A DNA stretch of 64,000 nt from Auanema rhodensis (GCA_964057225.1 OZ059895.1:17670001-17734000); one strand, 5' to 3'. Shown: positions 42,544-53,059, counted from the stretch's first letter. Notes: generated by a model not told the origin, from the letters alone. Made by a program: numbers and translations.

Positions 42544-42888
42544 CGTTCCATTCGGACTCCCCATATATGTAGCTGAAGGGTTAGAGCCAGACCACCAGAG
42601 GACCGAGGAATGGCTCCGCCTTCCCTCGTTCCCTTGGTCGGGAGTTCGCCTCTTAGCAAGCTCATGGACGGCTTGTAGTTTAGTCTTTATACTTATATTT
42701 ATCTTATTGTATTGTATCTTTATCTTTGTATATTATTGTTGTAGTTTCATGCCAATAAATCTTTCTCTCTTTTATCTTATGATTGACCTTATGCTCTTTA
42801 TTCCTTACCGCTACACCAAGGAATACTATGCGCGTCATAGTATAAACTACAATGGTTTATATTATCGACGCAGGAGCGTAACGGAACG
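42544..42888 (+). repeat. 5' LTR
   Basis: Direct repeat of 45734-46078. AATAAA at 42754-42759. Internal inverted pair TTGTAGTTTA (42673) / TAAACTACAA (42843). Confidence 0.93.
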
Positions 42889-42901
42889 TGGAGGTTCCAC
42901 C
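42889..42901 (+). promoter_or_regulatory. Primer binding site complementary to the tRNA-Gln 3' end
   Basis: TGGAGGTTCCACC abuts the 5' LTR and is the reverse complement of ...GGUGGAACCU-CCA, the eukaryotic tRNA-Gln acceptor end as recalled. Confidence 0.8.
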
Positions 42902-43874
42902 TCGAACTCATCTTTTGAAAAAAAAAAATTTTTTTTTTATTGTAAAAGTCCATTTTTGCATTCTAAATTATAAATTCCTCCACTTGAAACAACAAAATGA
43001 AGGCGCCAATTTGTTTTAAGGTACAGATACAAGGGATCTCGCTTAAATGCGAGATAGGACCCATAAAATTTTTGCCCGCCGTCCTCAATTTAAAACCGTC
43101 TGAATGTCCACCCTTTTCTATATCGTATCTTGTACCGCTTCTCATGCCATTTTGAGGACGTTTGGATTGAAATAGAGGACACTTTCGCCAAACGAGAAAT
43201 TATAATTGTTCACATTTTTTTTGGGCATAGAGAAGTTTGATTATCGGAACAAAAATTTAAAAGACGCGTGCAATTGATTATAGTTTGTATATTTTGTGGT
43301 CAGGACTAGAATTTTGAAAAATTATTATATTCAGACGTAAAAGATCATTTTACATATTATTTTGCGGGAAACCAAAAACGGTTACATAAATTGAATATAA
43401 AAAGAGACCACACTAGTCCGAAAAAGCCTGGTAAATCTGCATTAAGACTTCTCAGCTCTTATTTGACAGTCAGGTCAAGTTGGCGGAAGCATAACTGCTA
43501 CGGATTTTATCCCCGTAGATTATGTCACCTTCCTCAAATCATTTCGTTGTTTCAACTCATAAGATACCCCTTATCTCCTACAGTAATCCTAAGTAAATGG
43601 GAAATGTTTAAAAATAGACGTATTTTTCTTATTTTCAAAAAGAAATTCGCTTAGGAAAACGCACTTTTGCTTATTTTGATCAAGAAAAAGGACAGCCTTT
43701 TCAATAACTCTCCTCAAACCTCATTAGCATGCACAATGTCGAAAACATTTTGAGCAAAACATGCTATTTAAGGGAAAAAGAATGAGGAAAAGATTGAAAA
43801 CATAAGTCCATTTTCTTGACGAAAACAGAGCAAAGCGCATAAAAATAAAAACACAGAGTACAAGCTTTATTCAG

Positions 43875-44389
43875 TCAAAATCCCCACTTGAAAGCTAGCT
43901 GTCTCTCAAACTCTGCAACAAGAGAGATAGGCTCGTAACTGGGGGTGAGGTATTCGGGATACTCTCTCCCCAGTGAGGCCCTCAGCTGCAATCCAAGCGA
44001 AGAGCTATCATAACATACATAAATTTTAAACAAAATTTTACATTATAATTCATAGAATAAAGGCTGCCTCTCGGTATACCATCTCCAGGGACTTCCTACA
44101 AGTCCACACGGGAGAGCGGCATAAGAATGCGCGCAGAGGTCACGGAGGCAGAGACGCCCTACGAGCTCAATCTCGGGCGCAATTTCCGCCATAGCGGAAA
44201 AATTAACGAGGCCCCTGCCCAAATAGAACATTTGCAGATCCTCAATAAACTAAAATAGCAAAAGAAAATACTGAAATTGACTAATGCACCAACCATTAAT
44301 ACTATATCAGGATGGGGCCTATAAGCCAATCTCTCTTCAGCATCATAAAAGACAATAACGTCATACAGCTTTTGCATGACAAAGGTCAT
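43875..44389 (-). CDS. Putative spliced antisense cargo gene inside the LTR element, unknown product
   Basis: GC-richer blocks separated by short GT..AG segments that join in frame (…HPDIVLM|FIEDLQMFYLGRG…). A stop at 43875-43877 is followed at once by AATAAA (43866-43871). The exon model is ambiguous. Confidence 0.35.
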
Positions 44390-45722
44390 TCCAGTAGGCT
44401 AGACGCTCATTTTTATGAATTCTTAGCTCTCAAAAATAATAAAATCTAGCTTGGTAAACAAGAGAAAAAATTGGGACAAAAACATGATTGAAAGCTACTA
44501 GTGAAGAGAGAAATTAAAGGAAGTACAAGCGGAAAGTGCAAGAGCGGATAAAAATAGTTTTTGAGAAAAGATAAACACCATTAACTATAATAAGCTTACG
44601 GTAGATAGGCGGAGTCAGATTGTTGGCCAAAATTTGGAAAACTCCCTCTCATTTACCCTCCGCATCGCCCAGCGAAGCACGAAAATCCTATTGCTCCCGA
44701 ATCTTTCTCTCTCCCAACACACATCTAAAAGAATCTTACGCACCTTACGTCAACATCCCACACGTAGCTCACCATTCTCGGGTTTTCCAAACCAAGAGTC
44801 CTATAAAGGTGGAAAAAAGATTCTCATCGGCTTTCCGAGCCCTTTACCCGTCCGATACCAACAGTGACGCTACTGTCGCAAGTCGTCGCAGAAGCCGTAC
44901 CCGACTTCTTAGTGTTCAAATAGAAAAACCGCACCAACCAGCCGAGAAGCCGAAGTCGCAAGTCGACCAGTTTTATACTCCCCGAGAAGGAACATATTCA
45001 CCTTCTGACGACACCTACGAAGATCCGGACTTCATCATAGCCGACGACAGAAAAATTTTTTATATACATTCTTTTCTTTTCTGTAGATTGTAAAATGAAA
45101 GTAACGGTGAATTAGAAAAATTTTGATGAGAGATTAAGAGAATAAACAACCAAAAATAAGGAATAAGTGAAAATATAATATAAATAATAGGCTACCGTAC
45201 TTCTTTACGATGATAGAGATAGTCTATCGCACTAAATTGAGCTCCATATGTATCTCCAAGAAGAGACGAAAATTGGCAGGCGCCTAAGCCACACCCCATC
45301 TGAGTGGTAGCCTCCATTAGTACTCAAGGATTCATTCAGAGAGACACATGAAGACGAAAACAATTAATAACTAAAAATCTTTATCCCCATCATCATTAGG
45401 ATACGAGTAACCATGCACGCAAAAAGTTGAATAATTCCTTATTATCTCACATAAATCTCAAATTCATGGAACAATTTTTTTTTATTACAGTACTACAATG
45501 ACTAAATTTATTTTTCTAATCCTCCGTTACAAAATAACATAAAACCCATTATTGTATTCAAATTCTATCTTAATACCATAAAGAAACCTATTAAAACTAT
45601 TTATATATCTTTCTACATGTAGATTTTAAAACTTTTAAATTTATTTGTAAACTCCTAGACTCTAAAACTCAGCTACATATACACTAAAAACTCTTTATAT
45701 CGCGCGGACGCGAAAAATCTTT

Positions 45723-45731
45723 GAAAAAGGG
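45723..45731 (+). promoter_or_regulatory. Polypurine tract
   Basis: GAAAAAGGG followed by CA immediately before the 3' LTR. Confidence 0.7.
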
Positions 45732-45733
45732 CA

Positions 45734-46078
45734 CGTTCCATTCGGACTCCCCATATATGTAGCTGAAGGGTTAGAGCCAGACCACCAGAGGACCGAGGAA
45801 TGGCTCCGCCTTCCCTCGTTCCCTTGGTCGGGAGTTCGCCTCTTAGCAAGCTCATGGACGGCTTGTAGTTTAGTCTTTATACTTATATTTATCTTATTGT
45901 ATTGTATCTTTATCTTTGTATATTATTGTTGTAGTTTCATGCCAATAAATCTTTCTCTCTTTTATCTTATGATTGACCTTATGCTCTTTATTCCTTACCG
46001 CTACACCAAGGAATACTATGCGCGTCATAGTATAAACTACAATGGTTTATATTATCGACGCAGGAGCATAACGGAACG
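45734..46078 (+). repeat. 3' LTR
   Basis: Identical to the 5' LTR except GAGCATA versus GAGCGTA near its end. Confidence 0.93.
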
Positions 46079-46594
46079 AAACAGAAGGTCGACGTTTCAA
46101 TCCCGTCTGAAGGCATGTTTTTATCGTTTTATTAAGTTTTCATAAGTTGTCTACACCCAAAAAAAGTACGAGACTATTTTGTTCATGATTGCCAGATTCG
46201 AATCACGTATTTGGAGCATTTAAAGCTTTGTACAAGCCTTTATAGCTCAGTGGCAGAGCGTCTGTCTCGTAAACAGAAGGTCGACGGTTCAATCCCGTCT
46301 GAAGGCATGTTTTTATCGTTTTATTAAGTTTTCATAAGTTGTCTACACCCAAAAAAGGTACGAGACTATTTTGTTCATGATTGCCAGATTCGAATCACGT
46401 ATTTGGAGCATTTAAAGCTTTGTACAAGCCTTTATAGCTCAGTGGCAGAGCGTCTGTCTCGTAAACAGAAGGTCGACGGTTCAATCCCGTCTGAAGGCAT
46501 GTTTTTATCGTTTTTTTAAGTTTTCAAAGGTTGTCTACACCCATAAAAGGTACGAGAAACAGTTGATGAATGATTTCTTACAAGTATGACTATT

Positions 46595-46755
46595 CAACTT
46601 ACCTGTCCGGAGGCACACCCTGATCAAAAAGGTGGTATCCCCACCGCCATGCCAGATCGTCGTAGTTGATTCAGCAGTGATCTGTATAATACTTTTAAGT
46701 TGAAGTTAGCAAAAGGTAGACTTTTAAGTTCTTCGATGCGCGTAGTTGTAATATT
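46595..46755 (+). pseudogene. U1 snRNA-like sequence (decayed or divergent), copy 1
   Basis: AACTTACCTG, then 16 nt, then GATCAAAAAGGTGGTATCCCCA (U1-70K loop region). Colinear weaker similarity continues through TGATCTGT and AGTTGA to a degenerate Sm-site position (46720). The U1A loop and Sm site are degenerate. Confidence 0.6.
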
Positions 46756-49700
46756 GTAATTGTCAGTGGTCTCTTATGCTTCTAAAAAGGGGAACAGACT
46801 ATAGATAGATCTTTTGCCAATGCTCGTGAAACAACGTCAAGGCGGTACTGTGTGGGTCAAGAAGTTGTGAACTTGACCAGAATGTTTTCTACGTGTTGCT
46901 TCTCCAAAATATGATCTTCTGAGATGCCAAAACATGCCTCCAGGCGGGATTGAACCACCGACCTTTGGTTTACAAGAAAAACGCTCTGCCACTGAGCTAT
47001 AGAGGCTTATGAACTATACGAAACATATTTTCATACAAGCGCAGCTTGTACGGAAACATGAGGTCTCAAGCTAGAGCAAAACTGCATAATATTTTAAGCT
47101 AAATCAAGGCCAAAACGAAAATTCAAATTTGCTTCGCGCAGTCGACGCTACTATTACTTTACCAGAAGTCAGAGTTTTTTAAAAATTTAACGACCACGGC
47201 AGGATTCGAACCTACAATCTTCTGCTCCGTAGGCAGACGCGTTATCCATTGCGCCACGCGGCCACGTTATTAAGTTTCTTATCGCTATTCAAGACTTGCA
47301 GTCCAAGATACATTCATCTTGCCTGGAGAAAAGATGGGCCGTTTGAATAGGACATAACATTCCATAGGAGAACTGATATTTTCCGAACAGTGTGCATGAT
47401 TGTGGCAACACTGTGGATTCATCCACCTGTTCATACAAATGCGTTAATCGATGTTATTCATGATTGCCAGATTCGAATCACATATTTGGAGCATTTAAAG
47501 CTTTGTACAAGCCTTTATAGCTCAGTGGCAGAGCGTCTGTCTCGTAAACAGAAGGTCGACGGTTCAATCCCGTCTGAAGGCATGTTTTTATCGTTTTATT
47601 AAGTTTTCATAAGTTGTCTACACCCAAAAAAGGTACGAGACTATTTTGTTCATGATTGCCAGATTCGAATCACGTATTTGGAGCATTTAAAGCTTTGTAC
47701 AAGCCTTTATAGCTCAGTGGCAGAGCGTCTGTCTCGTAAACAGAAGGTCGACGGTTCAATCCCGTCTGAAGGCATGTTTTTATCGTTTTATTAAGTTTTC
47801 ATAAGTTGTCTACACCCAAAAAAGGTACGAGACTATTTTGTTCATGATTGCCAGATTCGAATCACATATTTGGAGCATTTAAAGCTTTGTACAAGCCTTT
47901 ATAGCTCAGTGGCAGAGCGTCTGTCTCGTAAACAGAAGGTCGACGGTTCAATCCCGTCTGAAGGCATGTTTTTATCGTTTTATTAAGTTTTCATAAGTTG
48001 TCTACAACCAAAAAAGGTACGAGACTATTTTGTTCATGATTGCCAGATTCGAATCACGTATTTGGAGCATTTAAAGCTTTGTACAAGCCTTTATAGCTCA
48101 GTGGCAGAGCGTCTGTCTCGTAAACAGAAGGTCGACGGTTCAATCCCGTCTGAAGGCATGTTTTTATCGTTTTATTAAGTTTTCATAAGTTGTCTACACC
48201 CAAAAAAGGTACGAGACTATTTTGTTCATGATTGCCAGATTCGAATCACGTATTTGGAGCATTTAAAGCTTTGTACAAGCCTTTATAGCTCAGTGGCAGA
48301 GCGTCTGTCTCGTAAACAGAAGGTCGACGTTTCAATCCCGTCTGAAGGCATGTTTTTATCGTTTTATTAAGTTTTCATAAGTTGTCTACACCCAAAAAAG
48401 GTACGAGACTATTTTGTTCATGATTGCCAGATTCGAATCACGTATTTGGAGCATTTAAAGCTTTGTACAAGCCTTTATAGCTCAGTGGCAGAGCGTCTGT
48501 CTCGTAAACAGAAGGTCGACGGTTCAATCCCGTCTGAAGGCATGTTTTTATCGTTTTATTAAGTTTTCATAAGTTGTCTACAACCAAAAAAGGTACGAGA
48601 CTATTTTGTTCATGATTGCCAGATTCGAATCACGTATTTGGAGCATTTAAAGCTTTGTACAAGCCTTTATAGCTCAGTGGCAGAGCGTCTGTCTCGTAAA
48701 CAGAAGGTCGACGGTTCAATCCCGTCTGAAGGCATGTTTTTATCGTTTTATTAAGTTTTCATAAGTTGTCTACACCCAAAAAAGGTACGAGACTATTTTG
48801 TTCATGATTGCCAGATTCGAATCACGTATTTGGAGCATTTAAAGCTTTGTACAAGCCTTTATAGCTCAGTGGCAACCTAACAGACTCTAGATAGATCTTT
48901 TGCGAATCCTCGTGAAACAACATCAAGGCGGTATTGTGTGAGTCAAGAAGTTGTGAACTTGACCAGAATGTTTTCTACGTGTTGCTTCTCCAAAATATGA
49001 TCTTCTGAGATGCCAAAACATGCCTCCAGGCGGGATTGAACCACCGACCTTTGGTTTACAAGACCAACGCTCTGCCACTGAGCTATAGAGGCTTATGAAC
49101 TATACGAAACATATTTTCATACAAGCGCAGCTTGTACGGAAACATGAGGTCTCAAGCTAGAGCAAAACTGCATAATATTTTAAGCTAAATCAAGGCCAAA
49201 ACGAAAATTCAAATTTGCTTCGCGCAGTCGACGCTACTATTACTTTACCAGAAGTCAGAGTTTTTTAAAAATTTAACGACCACGGCAGGATTCGAACCTA
49301 CAATCTTCTGCTCCGTAGGCAGACGCGTTATCCATTGCGCCACGCGGCCACGTTATTAAGTTTCTTATCGCTATTCAAGACTTGCAGTCCAAGATACATT
49401 CATCTTGCCTGGAGAAAAGATGGGCCGTTTGAATAGGACATAACATTCCATAGGAGAACTGATATTTTCCGAACAGTGTGCATGATTGTGGCAACACTGT
49501 GGATTCATCCACCTGTTCATACAAATGCGTTAATCGATGTTATTCATGATTGCCAGATTCGAATCACATATTTGGAGCATTTAAAGCTTTGTACAAGCCT
49601 TTATAGCTCAGTGGCAGAGCGTCTGTCTCGTAAACAGAAGGTCGACGTTTCAATCCCGTCTGAAGGCATGTTTTTATCGTTTTATTAAGTTTTCATAAGT

Positions 49701-49955
49701 TGTCTACACCCAAAAAAGGTACGAGACTATTTTGTTCATGATTGCCAGATTCGAATCACGTATTTGGAGCATTTAAAGCTTTGTACAAGCCTTTATAGCT
49801 CAGTGGCAGAGCGTCTGTCTCGTAAACAGAAGGTCGACGGTTCAATCCCGTCTGAAGGCAGTTTTTCATGGTTTTTTTAAGTTTTCATAAGTTGTCTACA
49901 CCCATAAAAGGTACGAGAAACAGTTGATGAATGATTTCTTACAAGTATGACTATT

Positions 49956-50116
49956 CAACTCACCTGTCCGGAGGCACACCCTGATCAAAAAGGTGGTATC
50001 CCCACCGCCATGCCAGATCGTCGTAGTTGATTCAGCAGTGATCTGTATAATACCTTTAAGTTGAAGTTAGCAAAAGGTAGACTTTTGAGTTCTTCGATGC
50101 GTGTAGTTGTAATATT
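49956..50116 (+). pseudogene. U1 snRNA-like sequence, copy 2
   Basis: Near-identical to copy 1. The 5' motif reads AACTCACCTG and the Sm position reads GACTTTTGAG. Confidence 0.55.
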
Positions 50117-51613
50117 GTAATTGTCAGTGGTCTCTTATGCTTCTAAAAAGGGGAACAGAATCTAGATAGATCTTTTGCGAATCTTCGTGAAACAACGTCA
50201 AGGCGGTATTGTGTGAGTCAAGAAGTTGTGAACTTGACCAGAATGTTTTCTACGTGTTGCTTCTCCAAAATATGATCTTCTGAGATGCCAAAACATGCCT
50301 CCAGGCGGGATTGAACCACCGACCTTTGGTTTACAAGACCAACGCTCTGCCACTGAGCTATAGAGGCTTATGAACTATACGAAACATATTTTCATACAAG
50401 CGCAGCTTGTACGGAAACATGAGGTCTCAAGCTAGAGCAAAACTGCATAATATTTTAAGCTAAATCAAGGCCAAAACGAAAATTCAAATTTGCTTCGCGC
50501 AGTCGACGCTACTATTACTTTACCAGAAGTCAGAGTTTTTTAAAAATTTAACGACCACGGCAGGATTCGAACCTACAATCTTCTGCTCCGTAGGCAGACG
50601 CGTTATCCATTGCGCCACGCGGCCACGTTATTAAGTTTCTTATCGCTATTCAAGACTTGCAGTCCAAGATACATTCATCTTGCCTGGAGAAAAGATGGGC
50701 CGTTTGAATAGGACATAACATTCCATAGGAGAACTGATATTTTCCGAACAGTGTGCATGATTGTGGCAACACTGTGGATTCATCCACCTGTTCATACAAA
50801 TGCGTTAATCGATGTTATTCATGATTGCCAGATTCGAATCACATATTTGGAGCATTTAAAGCTTTGTACAAGCCTTTATAGCTCAGTGGCAGAGCGTCTG
50901 TCTCGTAAACAGAAGGTCGACGGTTCAATCCCGTCTGAAGGCATGTTTTTATCGTTTTATTAAGTTTTCATAAGTTGTCTACACCCAAAAAAGGTACGAG
51001 ACTATTTTGTTCATGATTGCCAGATTCGAATCACGTATTTGGAGCATTTAAAGCTTTGTACAAGCCTTTATAGCTCAGTGGCAGAGCGTCTGTCTCGTAA
51101 ACAGAAGGTCGACGGTTCAATCCCGTCTGAAGGCATGTTTTTATCGTTTTATTAAGTTTTCATAAGTTGTCTACACCCAAAAAAGGTACGAGACTATTTT
51201 GTTCATGATTGCCAGATTTGAATCACGTATTTGGAGCATTTAAAGCTTTGTACAAGCCTTTATAGCTCAGTGGCAGAGCGTCTGTCTCGTAAACAGAAGG
51301 TCGACGGTTCAATCCCGTCTGAAGGCATGTTTTTATCGTTTTATTAAGTTTTCATAAGTTGTCTACACCCAAAAAAGGTACGAGACTATTTTATTTATGA
51401 TTGCCAGATTCGAATCACGTATTTGGAGCATTTAAAGCTTTGTAAAAGCCTTTATAGCTCAGTGGCAACCTAACAGACTATAGATAGATCTTTTGCCAAT
51501 CCTCTTGAAACAACGTCAAGGCAGTATTGTGTGAGTCAAGAAGTTGTGAGCTTAACCAGAATGTTTTCTACGTGTTGCTTCTCCAAAATATGATTTTCTG
51601 AGATGCCAAAACA

Positions 51614-51686
51614 TGCCTCCAGGCGGGATTGAACCACCGACCTTTGGTTTACAAGACCAACGCTCTGCTCACTGAGCTATAGAGGC
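51614..51686 (-). tRNA. Terminal tRNA-Thr(TGT) of the array, with a 1-nt D-loop insertion (possible pseudogene)
   Basis: Reads CAGTGAGCAGAG instead of CAGTGGCAGAG. Array homology stops at its 5' end. Confidence 0.8.
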
Positions 51687-51934
51687 TTTTTCGCAATTTT
51701 TTCCGCCAAATCAAACTCAAAATGAAGATTAAGAAGTAATTCTTACTTTTTTTCATTTTCTCAATGTATTTTTATAATCATATCTTCACTATTCTGTTTC
51801 GTACATAGTTTTATAATTAATTAAATCAGTGGAATGTTGTGTTTCTAACAGGATCTACTTTGCATTCTCTTTAGCTCTTTAGCTCGAGAAATAAAAAAAA
51901 ATTTCACCTCAACTTTATTAAAATGATCACTTCA

Positions 51935-53059
51935 CTAGAAAAAATTTGTTTTCCAATTCCTGAGAGTATTTCGATAATCCACGTGTCCAAATACGAGAAC
52001 CAGGTTGTTCACTAGTCCATGAGTACTATATAAAACTGCACCCCATTTCAATGTAACTAAATTCATTTTTAAAAATGTTTACAGTTTGTTGTAACCTCCG
52101 TTAGCATATCCAGTGTATAAAAGATACATTGGAATTATTAAAAGTGCCATTGGAACTGCAGTCTGAAGCGGCCATATGTCACTGATTGAAATTTAAAACG
52201 ATAATACCTGAATTAACAAAACTCGAAGTAAAGATCGTTGAAGAAACTTTGTTCGTTGTGAGAGAACAGCGCTGGATGTCATAAGAAATTGGCAACAGAG
52301 TCCTAAGCATATTATATAAATACTTATAAATGCTGCACATGCTGCAATGACCAGGTTATAGTAAAATTCAAATCTCGATATGAGAACAACAGCTACATCT
52401 TGTGTTTCAAGTAGTATATCATACTCGAATTTACACAGATTGTATGCCTAAACCCATTGACTTTCTATTACTTAAACGATAAAAGATATACTTGGAAATT
52501 TTCCATTTTTGAAGTGGAATCATTGGAGATTGTATATATGCAAATAAAAAAACAAAAAATCCATCCATTATACAAAGAAAAAGTGATAAACGAGTCAAGT
52601 TTATCATTTAAATGCATAATATGATCAAATGGAAGAATAGCACGAGTTCTATAAATTAACATTCTCACGTAAATTGCCATAATTTCTAAAAGACAAATAA
52701 GTGTTCTAAGTAATATTGTGAGTTTGTACCAACAACAATGGAACCATACACCCAGGCAACCCATGTTACAGGGATATCTCGAGATGTCACTCCTAATTGT
52801 CGAAAACCCCAGATCTCCGGATAGATTTGAATCGTTAAGCAAGAACCAAATATAAAATCATTAAATAAGAAGCTAAATCATTCATTATTGAAAAATATGA
52901 AAAAAAGACAATAATTTACCATATAAGTTGAAATAGAAGAATATTCTTATACGCATTCATATGTTTAGGTGAATATAAATAAACTATGTATATAGTTAGC
53001 ATAGTTGTAGCAAAGTTAATCATAGATAATATATTTTGAGCAATTATATAAGAAGTCAT
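51935..53059 (-). CDS. Serpentine chemoreceptor, Str/Srh-superfamily GPCR, multi-exon
   Basis: MTSYIIAQ...YSPKHMNAYKNILLFQLIW|, YPCNMGCLG, SQRTKFLQRSLLRVLLIQ|TAVP, HGLVNNLVLVFGHVDYR. Multiple hydrophobic segments and an AATAAA downstream. Confidence 0.82.

Larger units (their letters stand above)
42544..46078 (+). mobile_element. Non-autonomous LTR retrotransposon, 3535 bp
   Basis: Two 345-bp direct repeats with 1 visible mismatch, terminal inverted repeats CGTTCC...GGAACG, 4-bp TSD AAAC (42540-42543 and 46079-46082), a PBS and a PPT. No gag/pol ORF is visible. Confidence 0.93.
42505..46115 (+). pseudogene. tRNA-Thr(CGT) split by an LTR element (halves 42505-42543 and 46079-46115)
   Basis: The 5' half ends ...CTCGT-AAAC and the 3' half resumes AAAC-AGAAGGTC. 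This copy also carries a GGTTC>GTTTC B-box change. Confidence 0.93.
14325..51686. repeat. Hierarchical tandem tRNA-gene array: 25 units of 934+192n bp, ~128 tRNA genes
   Basis: Unit spacings from the repeated pseudo-ORF starts are 934, 1126, 1318, 1510, 1702 and 2086 bp (934 + n x 192; two units are 1125 bp because of a 1-bp deletion). Thr(CGT) monomers per unit: 1,2,1,1,2,2,5,3,2,1,2,3,1,2,5,4,1,2,7,4,1,13,7,2,3 (77 in total, one interrupted). There are also 26 Thr(TGT) and 25 Arg(ACG) genes. Confidence 0.97.

Noticed and set aside
42544-46078. DIRS or DNA-transposon interpretation of the insertion
   Set aside because: Direct LTRs, TSD, PBS and PPT all fit an integrase-type LTR element.
46603-46681. 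Minus-strand exon reading of the U1-like spacer (acceptor TTATACAG, donor CAG|GTAAGTT, peptide NYDDLAWRWGYHLFDQGVPPD)
   Set aside because: That frame has an in-frame stop and no partner exons, and it does not explain the correctly spaced U1-70K loop match. Kept only as the alternative hypothesis.
14900-50963. Repeated 66-73 aa ORFs (MCMIVATLW..., MLRAVDAT..., MHDCGNT...)
   Set aside because: They mostly use GTG/TTG starts, read through tRNA genes and are frameshifted in some copies; they are by-products of the repeat.
14325-51686. CRISPR-like repeat-spacer array
   Set aside because: The spacers are themselves near-identical, the repeats are eukaryotic tRNA genes, and no cas genes are present.
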